Source of the DNA: an uncultured Chthonomonadaceae bacterium
GTDB taxonomy: Bacteria; Armatimonadota; Chthonomonadetes; Chthonomonadales; CAJBBX01
Length of the DNA: 63,014 bases
Reading direction: 5' to 3'
Assembly (NCBI GenBank): GCA_964396385.1
Contig: CAYNFH010000006.1
Location: forward strand, 1-63,014
The notes under the pieces were generated by a model. The model was not told the origin of the DNA. It worked only from the letters and a program-made list of their open reading frames with translations, and made no database searches. Numbering within the stretch: position 1 is the first letter of the stretch; the number at the start of each line of letters is the position of its first letter. Positions 18,358 to 27,226 of this stretch are shown here, in pieces. A program made the translations under genes and the position numbers.

Positions 18358-20799
18358 CTACTCCACCTTCCATTCGAACACGCCGCCGGAGAAGCCGGGG
18401 CGGAGCTGCGCCTCCAGGCGGAGCATGGTGGTGGTGACGGGTAGGAACCGCGCTGCGTTGCCCCGGTCCTTCTCCGTGCCGTAGCCCGAGGCGCCCTCGA
18501 CGGGCTTCCACGCGGCGCCGTCCCAGTAGAGGATACGCCACCCGGCCGGCACGCGGCACTGGCCGCCGATAGCCTCGTCGTCGAACCAGTACACCTCGCT
18601 GGACGCGACGCGCCGGGGCTTGGAGAAGGTGTACTGCACCCACTCCGTGCCGCCAAGGTGGTCCCACCAGGTGAAGCGAGGGACGCTCTGGTCCGCCGAG
18701 CTCTTTGGCAGGATATCGTCGTCCACTGCCTCCAGTACATCGTGGATGTGCGAGGCCGTCACCACGGCGGCAGAGTCGGCCCATTCGTGCGCGCTCGGCC
18801 CATCCCCGATGGTGGGGAAGGCGGACACCTGCAGGCGGGCACAGCCCATCGGGATGAGCATAACCTCCTCCACCGGCTCGTCGGACCGCACTGGACTCTG
18901 CCGCACCGCGCCGATGAGGCCGTTCGCCTCCTGGGTCCACGGCGGGATCCGTCTGGCCTTCCCGCGCAGCGTGATAGGGGCGTCCTCCGGCGTGAACGGC
19001 TGCGCGGGAAGGGCGCCACCCTTCTTCACCACCTCGAAGGAGGCCGCCGGACTGCCGGAATCCAGCACCAGGCCGTAGTTCCAGGGCGTGGTGGGGAAGA
19101 CTTCGTAGCCGGGCCAGGGGTCGTCGCTGTACTTCTGCCACCGCTCGCCGATCTTGAGCGAGTAGGTGAGGGGCCCGCGGCTTACGGAGACCGAGTCCCG
19201 GTTCCGGGTCCAGGTCTTCACCCGGACCGCCATGGGCAGCTCCAGCCGCACCGTATCACCGCTCCGCCACTCGCGGTCCACGGTGATCCAGCCGCGGTAC
19301 ACTCCCGCGTCCGCCTCCCGGCCGTTCACCTGAACCTGCGGATGATCGCACCAGCCGGGCACGCGCAGGCAGAGGGGGAACCGGGTAGAACTCGCCGGCG
19401 ACACGGTGAAGGTGATCGCCTCATCGAAGGGGTAGTCCGTTTTTTCGGAGATCCGCACCTCCGTGCCCTTGCCGGCCCTGGCGGCTACCTCGCCGGGTGC
19501 GTAGAGGACCGCCGCCAGACCGTTGTCCGGCGTCGCCATGAACAGGTGCTCGACGAAGTAGGGCCAGCCGAAAGCAACGTTGTGCTGGCAGCAGCGGTAG
19601 TCGCGCGGGTTGTAGGAGAGCATATCCCCGCCGTTCTGCAGGAGGGGCGCCTTGCTGTGGCGGTCGAGCTGTACCATATTGGGCGCCGTGAGGTAGTGCA
19701 GCCCCTTCAGGTCCGGCGTCATGGAGGCGGGCAGCGAGTTGAACGCCACCTCCTCGCACCGGTCGGCCCACAAAGGGTTGCCGGTGATGCCCGCCAGCAT
19801 CTCGCAGCTCCACATCATCTCGACCATGGAGCAGGTCTCCGCCGCCTGCCGGGGACCCGTGAACCCGGGCCGCGCGTTCTCATCCGCCCCGAACATGCCG
19901 CCCGGTACCTGCCCGTAGAGCCCGTAGACGGTGTCGTAGTCCCGCTCCGTCGCATGGAGATAGCGGGGATCCTGGGTCTGCTCGTAGTACTCGGCGGGCT
20001 CGCGGAAACCCTGGCAGATGTTCACGCCGTGCAAGGTGGGGATGCCACCCACCCAGTCCGCCGTGCGCTCGTGGCAGACCCGCGCCGCCTCCAGCAGCCA
20101 CGGGTCGCCGGTGCGGTTGTACAGCCAGTAGATGCTGTCCAGGTTGTCCCCGCCGCGCCACTTCTGCCAGTCGCCCGGCAGCAACCGCTCTAGCGGCAGG
20201 CCCATCTGCCAGTGGAAGTAGCGGGCCATGAAGGGGAGGACCCGCTTGTCGCCGGTCGCCTCGTAGTGGGAGCGGAGCACGTAGAGGGCGAGCATGTTGG
20301 GCCACAGGTCCGGCGTCTGGTGGTTGCTCTCCGGGCCGAAATAGCCGTCGGGCCGCTGGCTGGAGAGGATGCCCTCGACCCAGCGCTCCGACTCAGCGAT
20401 GACGTGCTTGTCGCCGAGAACGTAGCCCAAGTCCACGTACCCTCGGAGCCAGTAGGGCGCCTCCTCCCATCCGTTCTCGCCCTGGCCGGTGGGGCTGACC
20501 CAGGCGCTCCCCGCGAACTTGGCCCACGGGCTCACCTCCGGCAGGTGCCCGGTGAAGCCGTCCGCCATGGCCTGGAGCTGGTATCGCAGCCACCCCTCCG
20601 CCCGGATAGCCCCGATGGGCAGCTTCACCAGCGCGCTGGGCAGCAGCGGCGCCCGGTTTCCCGTATAGAACGCGTTCTTAGCTTTAGCCGGAGGAATCAC
20701 CGCCGCCCTCCCCTCAGCAGGCGCCCGCAGCATGGCGACCGTTCCCAGTGCCAACACAACGCCTAACGCCAAACGCCCAATCCCGCACCAGGATCGCAT
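18358..20799 (-). CDS. Secreted GH127/GH146-like beta-L-arabinofuranosidase-domain protein with C-terminal discoidin-like module
   Basis: GWEEAPYW, HGVN, ETCSMVE, YRCCQHN, TDYPF, RGPLTYSL. Confidence 0.85.
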   Translation of the reverse strand: MRSWCGIGRLALGVVLALGTVAMLRAPAEGRAAVIPPAKAKNAFYTGNRAPLLPSALVKLPIGAIRAEGWLRYQLQAMADGFTGHLPEVSPWAKFAGSAWVSPTGQGENGWEEAPYWLRGYVDLGYVLGDKHVIAESERWVEGILSSQRPDGYFGPESNHQTPDLWPNMLALYVLRSHYEATGDKRVLPFMARYFHWQMGLPLERLLPGDWQKWRGGDNLDSIYWLYNRTGDPWLLEAARVCHERTADWVGGIPTLHGVNICQGFREPAEYYEQTQDPRYLHATERDYDTVYGLYGQVPGGMFGADENARPGFTGPRQAAETCSMVEMMWSCEMLAGITGNPLWADRCEEVAFNSLPASMTPDLKGLHYLTAPNMVQLDRHSKAPLLQNGGDMLSYNPRDYRCCQHNVAFGWPYFVEHLFMATPDNGLAAVLYAPGEVAARAGKGTEVRISEKTDYPFDEAITFTVSPASSTRFPLCLRVPGWCDHPQVQVNGREADAGVYRGWITVDREWRSGDTVRLELPMAVRVKTWTRNRDSVSVSRGPLTYSLKIGERWQKYSDDPWPGYEVFPTTPWNYGLVLDSGSPAASFEVVKKGGALPAQPFTPEDAPITLRGKARRIPPWTQEANGLIGAVRQSPVRSDEPVEEVMLIPMGCARLQVSAFPTIGDGPSAHEWADSAAVVTASHIHDVLEAVDDDILPKSSADQSVPRFTWWDHLGGTEWVQYTFSKPRRVASSEVYWFDDEAIGGQCRVPAGWRILYWDGAAWKPVEGASGYGTEKDRGNAARFLPVTTTMLRLEAQLRPGFSGGVFEWKVE

Positions 20800-20865
20800 C
20801 TTAAGACACTCTTTCTCTCATGGCAACATCTGCTGGGTCACTCCAAATCGTCCAACGCCCCAACC

Positions 20866-20891
20866 TGTCATTCCGAGCGCGCGAGGGATCT
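20866..20891 (+). repeat. Possible REP-like palindromic element
   Basis: TGTCATTCCGAGCGCGCGAGGGATCT resembles GTCATTCC-headed palindromic repeats; single copy here. Confidence 0.35.
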
Positions 20892-20946
20892 GGTTTGAGT
20901 CCCTTAAGCCTGCCAATGGAGGGGCAAGTACCCGCGAAGAGCAAAC

Positions 20947-21525
20947 CTACTGACACGCCTTCTGGTGGTACTTTGCACGGTGTGCAGCAACGAGCTCGTC
21001 AATCGTTGGTGCCAGTGCGTCAATCACCTCTGCAACGAACACGGCGAACTCTTCTGGGCTGCAATGCGCATCGGGGCCGCTGAACTTCACTGCCGAGTTG
21101 GCATTGGGATGATCCACCGGCTCCAGTTGGCTTGTAGTAGCTCCAAAGCGATGTTCCACGAGGTCATCACTCATCACGCGGTGTCGGACAGTACCGAGTA
21201 GATCCGCCTTGCGCTTGAGCTCGTCAGCAAGGGTCGTGAGCCGGACGTCGTTAGCCTTTATGCTCTTCGCCTTTTCGTAAGGATCGATCTCCACGTGACG
21301 CGCCAAATGACCCGGGCGGGTGCACTCGAAGTGCACGTTCACCCGCTCAACTCGTTCTCCCTTTGCAGGCAAATACCAGGCACGCTTCCGAAAGATCACG
21401 CCATCATTGTGTACCCCGCCGTCTCCACGTCGGTACACAATTGGTTCAAGGAACCCATGCTTGGCCAGCACATCTGTCACCTGTCTGTTGTCCTTTACGA
21501 GATGGAAGAACTCGTCGTCGCTCAT
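20947..21525 (-). CDS. Hypothetical protein, lower GC than the window
   Basis: 192-aa ORF with natural globular composition; no family recognised. Confidence 0.6.
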   Translation of the reverse strand: MSDDEFFHLVKDNRQVTDVLAKHGFLEPIVYRRGDGGVHNDGVIFRKRAWYLPAKGERVERVNVHFECTRPGHLARHVEIDPYEKAKSIKANDVRLTTLADELKRKADLLGTVRHRVMSDDLVEHRFGATTSQLEPVDHPNANSAVKFSGPDAHCSPEEFAVFVAEVIDALAPTIDELVAAHRAKYHQKACQ

Positions 21526-21635
21526 CGCGATGTCTTGCCCCTTGAGCGGTTGGATTACAGGAGCCGCAGGTGGTACTTCACCGCCGCGGGCACGTCGTCA
21601 GGAAGGAACTGGAGATTATGCATGTCGGTGAGGCG

Positions 21636-21696
21636 GCAGCAGGCAAAATCCCTGCTGCTAGGCGGCTTTCAGCCGTGTGCCCGCCGACGCGGGCAC
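21636..21696 (-). repeat. 61-bp double-hairpin REP, downstream flank of tnpA
   Basis: Stems GCAGCAGG/CCTGCTGC and GTGCCCGC/GCGGGCAC; inverted homologue at 22155-22215. Confidence 0.8.
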
Positions 21697-22131
21697 TTGG
21701 GATTCCCGTTCCCTTGGTTCCTCGGTCTTTTCGGCGTTGGGCCAGATTGTGCCGTTGGCGTGGTGCTCTTTCTGTTGGTTGATGTAGTTGATGACCTTGG
21801 CCTTCTCGTGGGGACTGACGCTGAACGCGCCGTAGCTGCCCTGCCACTTGAAGGTACCTGCGGGGACGAGTTCTTCGTTGGCAAAGTGGGAGGAGGAGCC
21901 CTTGACGGCTTCCATCAGGTCGGCTATGGTGATGGTGTTGGAGAGATTCACCAGGAGGTGAACGTGGTCTTCGGTGCCGCCGAGCGCGAGCACATCACAG
22001 TGCTTCTTGGCGCAGATCGCCTCTATCTCCCGGTACATCCTGCGCTCAATGGAACTGCTGATCAGCGGCAGTCGATCCCAAATGGCCCAGATGAAGTGGA
22101 CATGTACGCGGACCTTGTTCTGCGGAGACAC
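21658..22131 (-). mobile_element. tnpA: IS200/IS605-family Y1 HUH transposase, REP-associated (RAYT-like)
   Basis: DHVHLL (HUH), WQGSYGAFSVS, catalytic Y in NYINQQKEHH; no tnpB; inverted REPs on both sides. Confidence 0.88.
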
Positions 22132-22154
22132 GATTCACCTCCGTTGCGAGGAAC

Positions 22155-22215
22155 CTGCCCGCGCCGGCGGGCAGACGGCCGTAGGTCCCTCAGCGACAGG
22201 GATCTTGCCTGTCGC
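22155..22215 (+). repeat. 61-bp double-hairpin REP, upstream flank of tnpA
   Basis: Stems CTGCCCGC/GCGGGCAG and GCGACAGG/CCTGTCGC. Confidence 0.8.
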
Positions 22216-22286
22216 CTCTATGGCGCCGCTGCCTCTGGCTGGCGCGCCTCTCGCCCTCTGTGGCGGTCATCCCACGGTACCGGCGA

Positions 22287-22520
22287 CTACTCCTCGTCTC
22301 TCGCAGCAATGATTCCGCAGGAAAAAATGTTATCTTCCGGGCGGACTCCCTGAGCAACCATCATCTCGCGCACCTTCTGGGGTGTGATCGTCGGGTCCGG
22401 TACAATGCCCATCGCCCTGTTCTGCTCCTCGATGATGCGCAGGATCGGCCCCTTGTCGATGCCCAGCATCTGCGTCGGGCTCTTTCTATTCTCATCCAAG
22501 AACAGTTCCTCCCGCCTCAT
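22287..22520 (-). CDS. Small hypothetical protein (possibly antitoxin-like)
   Basis: 77-aa ORF with coding-like codon use; function is a guess. Confidence 0.5.
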   Translation of the reverse strand: MRREELFLDENRKSPTQMLGIDKGPILRIIEEQNRAMGIVPDPTITPQKVREMMVAQGVRPEDNIFSCGIIAARDEE

Positions 22521-22546
22521 TATAATGCGGCCACCGCCGCCTGCCC

Positions 22547-22971
22547 CTACAGGAAGCGGATGCCGTACTTATCGGCCACCTGGGCGCGGTCCTCGGCGGT
22601 GTGGAGCTCGCGGAGGAACTCCTCCAGCATGGCCGGTACGGTCATCATGAGCAGGGTGGCCGATTCGCCCACCACATCCCAGGCGTGCGGAATGTTGCGC
22701 GGCAGAAAGACGAACGATCCGGCCGGAGCCTCAAAGCTCTCCTCCCCGACCGCCACCGTGATCGTGCCCTGCACCACGTAGAAGTACTCGTCCTCCCGCG
22801 TATGGACGTGCCGGGGGCACCGCCCCGGGTGTGCGACTCCATCAGGGTGAACGCGCCGCCGGTGGAAGCGCCGGACGCCTTCACCGCCGATCCATAATCT
22901 CCCACCCCTTCTCCCGGCCGCAATACATACGGCCTGACCGCTTGCGCTTGACTGTCGCCGGCTGATCTCAT
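22547..22971 (-). pseudogene. Cupin-domain protein with a 1-nt frameshift
   Basis: N-terminal half (ASGASTGGAFTLME..GGAP) and C-terminal half (RHVHTREDEYFYV...PRNIPHAW) lie in different frames; they join if the G5 run at 22813-22817 is G6. Confidence 0.8.
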
Positions 22972-22988
22972 GCCCATCCTCCGAATCC

Positions 22989-23017
22989 CTTTGCGCCCTT
23001 TGCGCCTTTGCGTGAGA
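22989..23017 (-). repeat. CGCAAAG-family array, right arm
   Basis: CTTTGCGC CCTTTGCGC CTTTGCGT GAGA, with GAATC before and GACTC after. Confidence 0.8.
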
Positions 23018-23025
23018 CTCCTCCC

Positions 23026-24627
23026 TCACACCCCGCTGATCTTCAGCACCCACGCGTGCTCGCAGGGACGTTTGGAGGGGAGGGTGACCACCAGCCCCTC
23101 GGCCGTGCGGGCGAAGGGCAGATTGCCTCGCGCGCCCAGGAGCTCCACGCTCTCCACCTTCCCTTTCACGCCCGGCGCGCCGGCCGCCAGACTGCGCACC
23201 GTGTACTTGCCGCCCTCCGGCCAGCCCATCGCAATCGCGTAGAGCGTATTGCCGCGCGTGGTGAAGCGGAAGTCCTCCGCCGTGAGCTTGTCCTCGCCGC
23301 CCTCGCTGAATCCGCCGCCCTTCACCTGCACCGGCCCCTCCCCGGAGACAAACCAGGGCCGCGTGTTGTAGATGGCCTCGTGGTTCACGTCCATCCACGC
23401 CGCCATGCCTTCCAGGAAGTTCTCCTCGTCGGAATCGATGGTCCCGTCCCCGCGCACCGGAATGTTCAGAAGCAGCGTGCCGTTCTTGCTCACGATGTCC
23501 GCCAGCATCCGCACCACCTGCTCCACCGTCTTGTAGCGGTGCTCCTCGTAAAGCGAGCGGCGGTAGTGCCAGTCGCCGATGCAGGTATCGGTCTGCCAGG
23601 GGCGCGGCTCAATGGCGGAGCTCCGGCCGCGCTCGAAGTCCCACACCAGCGCCTGCCGCTGCTGCTCGTTCAGGTTCTTCCCGGTGAGCACCGCCTCCAG
23701 CCCGCCGCCGTGCCGCTTCATGTTGGCGTTGTAGTAGTAGGCGGCGATGCGCAGCCCCGCGTCGCTGATGGGGTAGAGGGGGAGCACGTTGTCGTCGAAG
23801 TAGAGCAGGTCCGGGTGGTACTTGTCGATGAGGTCGATGGTCCGATTGTAGAACTTCTCGCAGTAGGCCTTGTCCGGCACGCTGCTGCCCTTGGAGGCGT
23901 TCCAGTCCCACTCCAGCCGCTTCCCCGGCGCGTGGTTCTGGGCGTACAGGTCCTGCGGGTCGAGCCCCTCCCACCACTGGCCGCGGCCCTGCTCCTTGGT
24001 AAGCTTGCCGTCGTACGGGACGCCCGCCATCGGTCCGGTCTTGTCCGCGCCCTGCGCCACCTCGAACCAACTCCAGGCGCGGGAGGCGTGGCAGGTGATG
24101 CCGAACCGCAGCCCGTGCTTGCGCGCCACCCGGGCCCACGTGCCCACGATGTCCTTCTTCGGGCCGATGCGGGTAGAGTTCCACGGCTGGTACTTGCTGT
24201 CGAAGCAGTCGAAGTTGTCGTGGTGGTTCGCCAGAGCCACGAAGTACTTGGCGCCCGCCCGCTTGTAGAGCTGGATCAGCCGCTCCGGATCCCAGTGCTC
24301 GGCGTGCCAGATCAGGTCGATCTCCTTGAAGCCGACCTTAGAAGGGTGCCCGTAGTGCGCCACGTGGTACTTGTAGGCCGGGTTTCCCTCCTCGTACATG
24401 CGACGGGCATACCAATCGCCCTGTTCCGGCACGCACTGGGCGGTCCAGTGCGCCCAGATGCCAAACTTGGCGTCGCGGAACCAGTCCGGGCACTGGTACT
24501 GCTGGAGCGATTCCCACGTGGGCTGGAAGGCAGTCACGGTTCGTGATTCCGCTCCCTGCGCCGCGGCGATTCCCGCTACCGCGGCCGCCCCTGTCTTGAG
24601 GAGCTTGCGGCGAGACATTGGCATCAT
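23026..24627 (-). CDS. Alpha-L-fucosidase (GH29), Tat signal
   Basis: SRRKLL, WFRDAKFGIWAHW, HHDNFD, PDLLYFD, DIVSKNGTLLLN. Confidence 0.92.
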   Translation of the reverse strand: MMPMSRRKLLKTGAAAVAGIAAAQGAESRTVTAFQPTWESLQQYQCPDWFRDAKFGIWAHWTAQCVPEQGDWYARRMYEEGNPAYKYHVAHYGHPSKVGFKEIDLIWHAEHWDPERLIQLYKRAGAKYFVALANHHDNFDCFDSKYQPWNSTRIGPKKDIVGTWARVARKHGLRFGITCHASRAWSWFEVAQGADKTGPMAGVPYDGKLTKEQGRGQWWEGLDPQDLYAQNHAPGKRLEWDWNASKGSSVPDKAYCEKFYNRTIDLIDKYHPDLLYFDDNVLPLYPISDAGLRIAAYYYNANMKRHGGGLEAVLTGKNLNEQQRQALVWDFERGRSSAIEPRPWQTDTCIGDWHYRRSLYEEHRYKTVEQVVRMLADIVSKNGTLLLNIPVRGDGTIDSDEENFLEGMAAWMDVNHEAIYNTRPWFVSGEGPVQVKGGGFSEGGEDKLTAEDFRFTTRGNTLYAIAMGWPEGGKYTVRSLAAGAPGVKGKVESVELLGARGNLPFARTAEGLVVTLPSKRPCEHAWVLKISGV

Positions 24628-24642
24628 GCGTATCCTTGGGAT

Positions 24643-24803
24643 GGCGTTCAGGCGTTCAGGTGATTCCTGTCGATACTGGAGTACGGCGACAGTTCACAGA
24701 CTCCCTCCCCGCGCCGTCCACTGGATTCCGAAACGTGAAGCCTCTATAATGGCGTTGAGCGTATGATTGCCGATCACCTGAACGCCTGAACGCCTGAACG
24801 CCC
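24643..24803. repeat. Head-to-head octamer arrays (GGCGTTCA)x2 ... (CCTGAACG)x3 bracketing a divergent promoter region
   Basis: Arms at 24643-24660 and 24775-24803; the right arm abuts the ATG at 24804. Confidence 0.8.
24722..24750 (+). promoter_or_regulatory. Candidate sigma-70 promoter of the sugar ABC operon
   Basis: TGGATT - 17 bp - TATAAT; the -35 box overlaps a GANTC site. Confidence 0.55.
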
Positions 24804-26276
24804 ATGATTCGAACCGTCATCCTCGCCCTCCTCGCCCTGGCCGCTGCTTACCTCCTCTTCATCGTCCAGCCCTCCGATCCAGCCCGCAAAGACGGCCGGG
24901 TGGTGGTCACTTACTGGGAGAAGTGGTCCGGCGAAGACGCGGCGGCCATGCAGAGAGTCGTAGACGACTTCAACAACACCGTCGGCAGGCAGAAGGGGAT
25001 CTACGTCCAGTACCTCTCCATGAGCGACGTCAACGAGAAGACGCTCGTGGCGACCGCCGCCGGCGTGCCGCCGGACGTTGCCGGGCTCTGGAATACCCAG
25101 GTCGCCCAGTTCGCGGAGATAGGCGCGCTGGAGCCGCTGGACGCGCTGGCGAAGGCGCACGGCATCACGGCGGACACCTACAAGCGCGTCCTGTGGGATG
25201 GCTGCCGGTATAAGGGACACCTCTGGGCGCTGGTGAGCGCCTGCGGCTCCCAGGCGCTCTTCTATAACAAGCGGCTGTTCGCACAAAAGGCGGCGGAGCT
25301 GCGCGCAGCGGGGCTGGACCCGAGCCGTCCGCCCCGTACCCTGCAGGAGCTGGACCGTTACGCCGCCGTGCTGGACGAGGTGGAGACTCTGCCCGATGGG
25401 TTTAAGCGCATCCGGCGGTCCGGATTCCTGCCGAATGAGCCAGGATGGTACCTCGACTTCATCGGCTACTGGTATGGCGCGCCCATCTACGATGCCGCCA
25501 CGGACCGCATCCTGCTCACAGACCCGCGCATGGTCCAGGCTTTTGACTGGATCCGCAGCTACTCTCTAAAGCTGGGCAAGGACTCCCTCAGCGAGTTCCG
25601 CAGCGGCTTCGGGGCATGGAGCTCCACGCAGAACCCGTTCATCGCGGGCACGGTAGCTATGGAGATGCAGGGTCCCTGGATGGCCACCGTCTTCGAGAAG
25701 TTCCGGCCGGAGATGAACCACTGGCGTCAGTCGTCAGTCGTCAGTCCCCAGTCCTCAGGCCCGGCGATCGAAAATCCAATTTCGAAAATCGAAAATCTAT
25801 CCGCCCGTCAAGCCGAATGCGAGTGGGGTGCGGCGCCGTTTCCATCGCCGATACCAGGGCTGGACGACGTGACCTATGCCAACTTTGACGTGCTCATGAT
25901 TCCGAAGGGGGCTCGGCACAAGCGGGAGGCGTTCGAGTTCATCGCATTCGTCAATAGCCAGCAGGAGACGGAGAAGCTGAACGAGCTTGGCTGTCAGGAC
26001 TCGCCTCTGCGCCGGGTGAGCCCGGACTTCCTTGAGAACCACCCGAACCCGTACATCGCCGTGTTCGAGCGGCTACTGGGGTCCCCGCACGCCTATGGCG
26101 TGCCGGGCTGCCCGATATGGCCGGAGGTCGGATCCGAGCTGGACAACGCGGTGCAGCGTGTTTCGCTGCTGCAGGCTACCCCGGAACAGGCGCTGCGGGA
26201 CGCGCAGCAACGCGTAGACGAGAAGTACCGGGAGTTCAAGGAGCGGCAGCGCGCGCGCCGCGGCGGCCAACCGTGA
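24804..26276 (+). CDS. Sugar ABC transporter substrate-binding protein with in-frame repeat insert
   Basis: YWEKWSG, AGVPPDVA, ALFYNKRLF, FIAGTVAMEMQGPW; insert 25725-25797. Confidence 0.9.
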   Translation: MIRTVILALLALAAAYLLFIVQPSDPARKDGRVVVTYWEKWSGEDAAAMQRVVDDFNNTVGRQKGIYVQYLSMSDVNEKTLVATAAGVPPDVAGLWNTQVAQFAEIGALEPLDALAKAHGITADTYKRVLWDGCRYKGHLWALVSACGSQALFYNKRLFAQKAAELRAAGLDPSRPPRTLQELDRYAAVLDEVETLPDGFKRIRRSGFLPNEPGWYLDFIGYWYGAPIYDAATDRILLTDPRMVQAFDWIRSYSLKLGKDSLSEFRSGFGAWSSTQNPFIAGTVAMEMQGPWMATVFEKFRPEMNHWRQSSVVSPQSSGPAIENPISKIENLSARQAECEWGAAPFPSPIPGLDDVTYANFDVLMIPKGARHKREAFEFIAFVNSQQETEKLNELGCQDSPLRRVSPDFLENHPNPYIAVFERLLGSPHAYGVPGCPIWPEVGSELDNAVQRVSLLQATPEQALRDAQQRVDEKYREFKERQRARRGGQP

Positions 26277-27208
26277 CTCGCACGGAGGCCCGCCAGCTTG
26301 CCAGGGGACTGGGGTTCCTCTCGCCCTGGATAGTGGGATTCCTGCTGTTCACGCTCGTGCCTATCGCGCTGGCTTTCTACTATGGCCTGTGCGACTACTC
26401 CCTGCTCCAGTCGCCGGTCTACATCGGGCTGAACAACTACCGGGCTCTCATGGCCGACCCCGTATTCTGGCGCTCCTTGAAGGTGACACTCGAGTACGCC
26501 GCCATCGCGCTGCCCGCCGGGATGCTCGTGTCCCTCGGTCTGGCCATGCTGCTCAACCAGCGGGCGCCGGGCCAGTCCGTCTTCCGGACCATCATCTTCA
26601 TCCCTTCGCTGGTGCCTACCGTCGCTTCGGCCATGCTCTGGCTCTGGCTCTTCAATACGCGGCTGGGGCTCATCAACACCCTACTCGCTGCGGCGCCCGT
26701 TCAGGGGCTACTCCGCGTCCTGAACCTTGTTATGGGCGCACTCCACCTGCCGCGGCTCCAGACGCCCATCGGATGGCTCACAGATCCCGCCTGGGCGCTC
26801 CCATCGCTCGCGTTCATGAGCCTCTGGGGCGTAGGCTACACGGTGGTCATCTACCTGGCGGGGCTCCAGGACGTGCCGCGCAACCTGGTGGAGGCGGCGG
26901 AGATAGACGGCGCGGGGCCGTGGCAGCGGCTCCGGCACGTGACGCTGCCGATGCTCTCTCCCGTCATCTTCTTCAACCTGATCATGGCCATCATCGGCAC
27001 GCTGCAGGTCTTCGCCATCCCGTACATCATGACCGGCGGAGGTCCGGCACGCGCCACCTACTTCTACACCATGTATCTCTACGACAACGCCTTCCGCTAC
27101 CTCAAGATGGGCTACGCCTGCTCCATGGCCTGGATCCAGTTCCTGCTGGTGGTGGCGCTCTCCGCCCTCGCCTTCTGGTCCAGCAAGCGCTGGGTCCACT
27201 ACCGCTGA
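26273..27208 (+). CDS. Sugar ABC transporter permease (CUT1)
   Basis: FLSPWIVGF, EAA loop YLAGLQDVP..LVEAAEIDGA; GTGA overlap with the upstream gene. Confidence 0.93.
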   Translation: MTRTEARQLARGLGFLSPWIVGFLLFTLVPIALAFYYGLCDYSLLQSPVYIGLNNYRALMADPVFWRSLKVTLEYAAIALPAGMLVSLGLAMLLNQRAPGQSVFRTIIFIPSLVPTVASAMLWLWLFNTRLGLINTLLAAAPVQGLLRVLNLVMGALHLPRLQTPIGWLTDPAWALPSLAFMSLWGVGYTVVIYLAGLQDVPRNLVEAAEIDGAGPWQRLRHVTLPMLSPVIFFNLIMAIIGTLQVFAIPYIMTGGGPARATYFYTMYLYDNAFRYLKMGYACSMAWIQFLLVVALSALAFWSSKRWVHYR

Positions 27209-27226
27209 AGGGGTGAAACGGGCATC

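Noticed and set aside
20947-22131. IS605-type element with TnpB/IscB
   Set aside because: The downstream ORF is 192 aa with no RuvC or zinc-finger motifs
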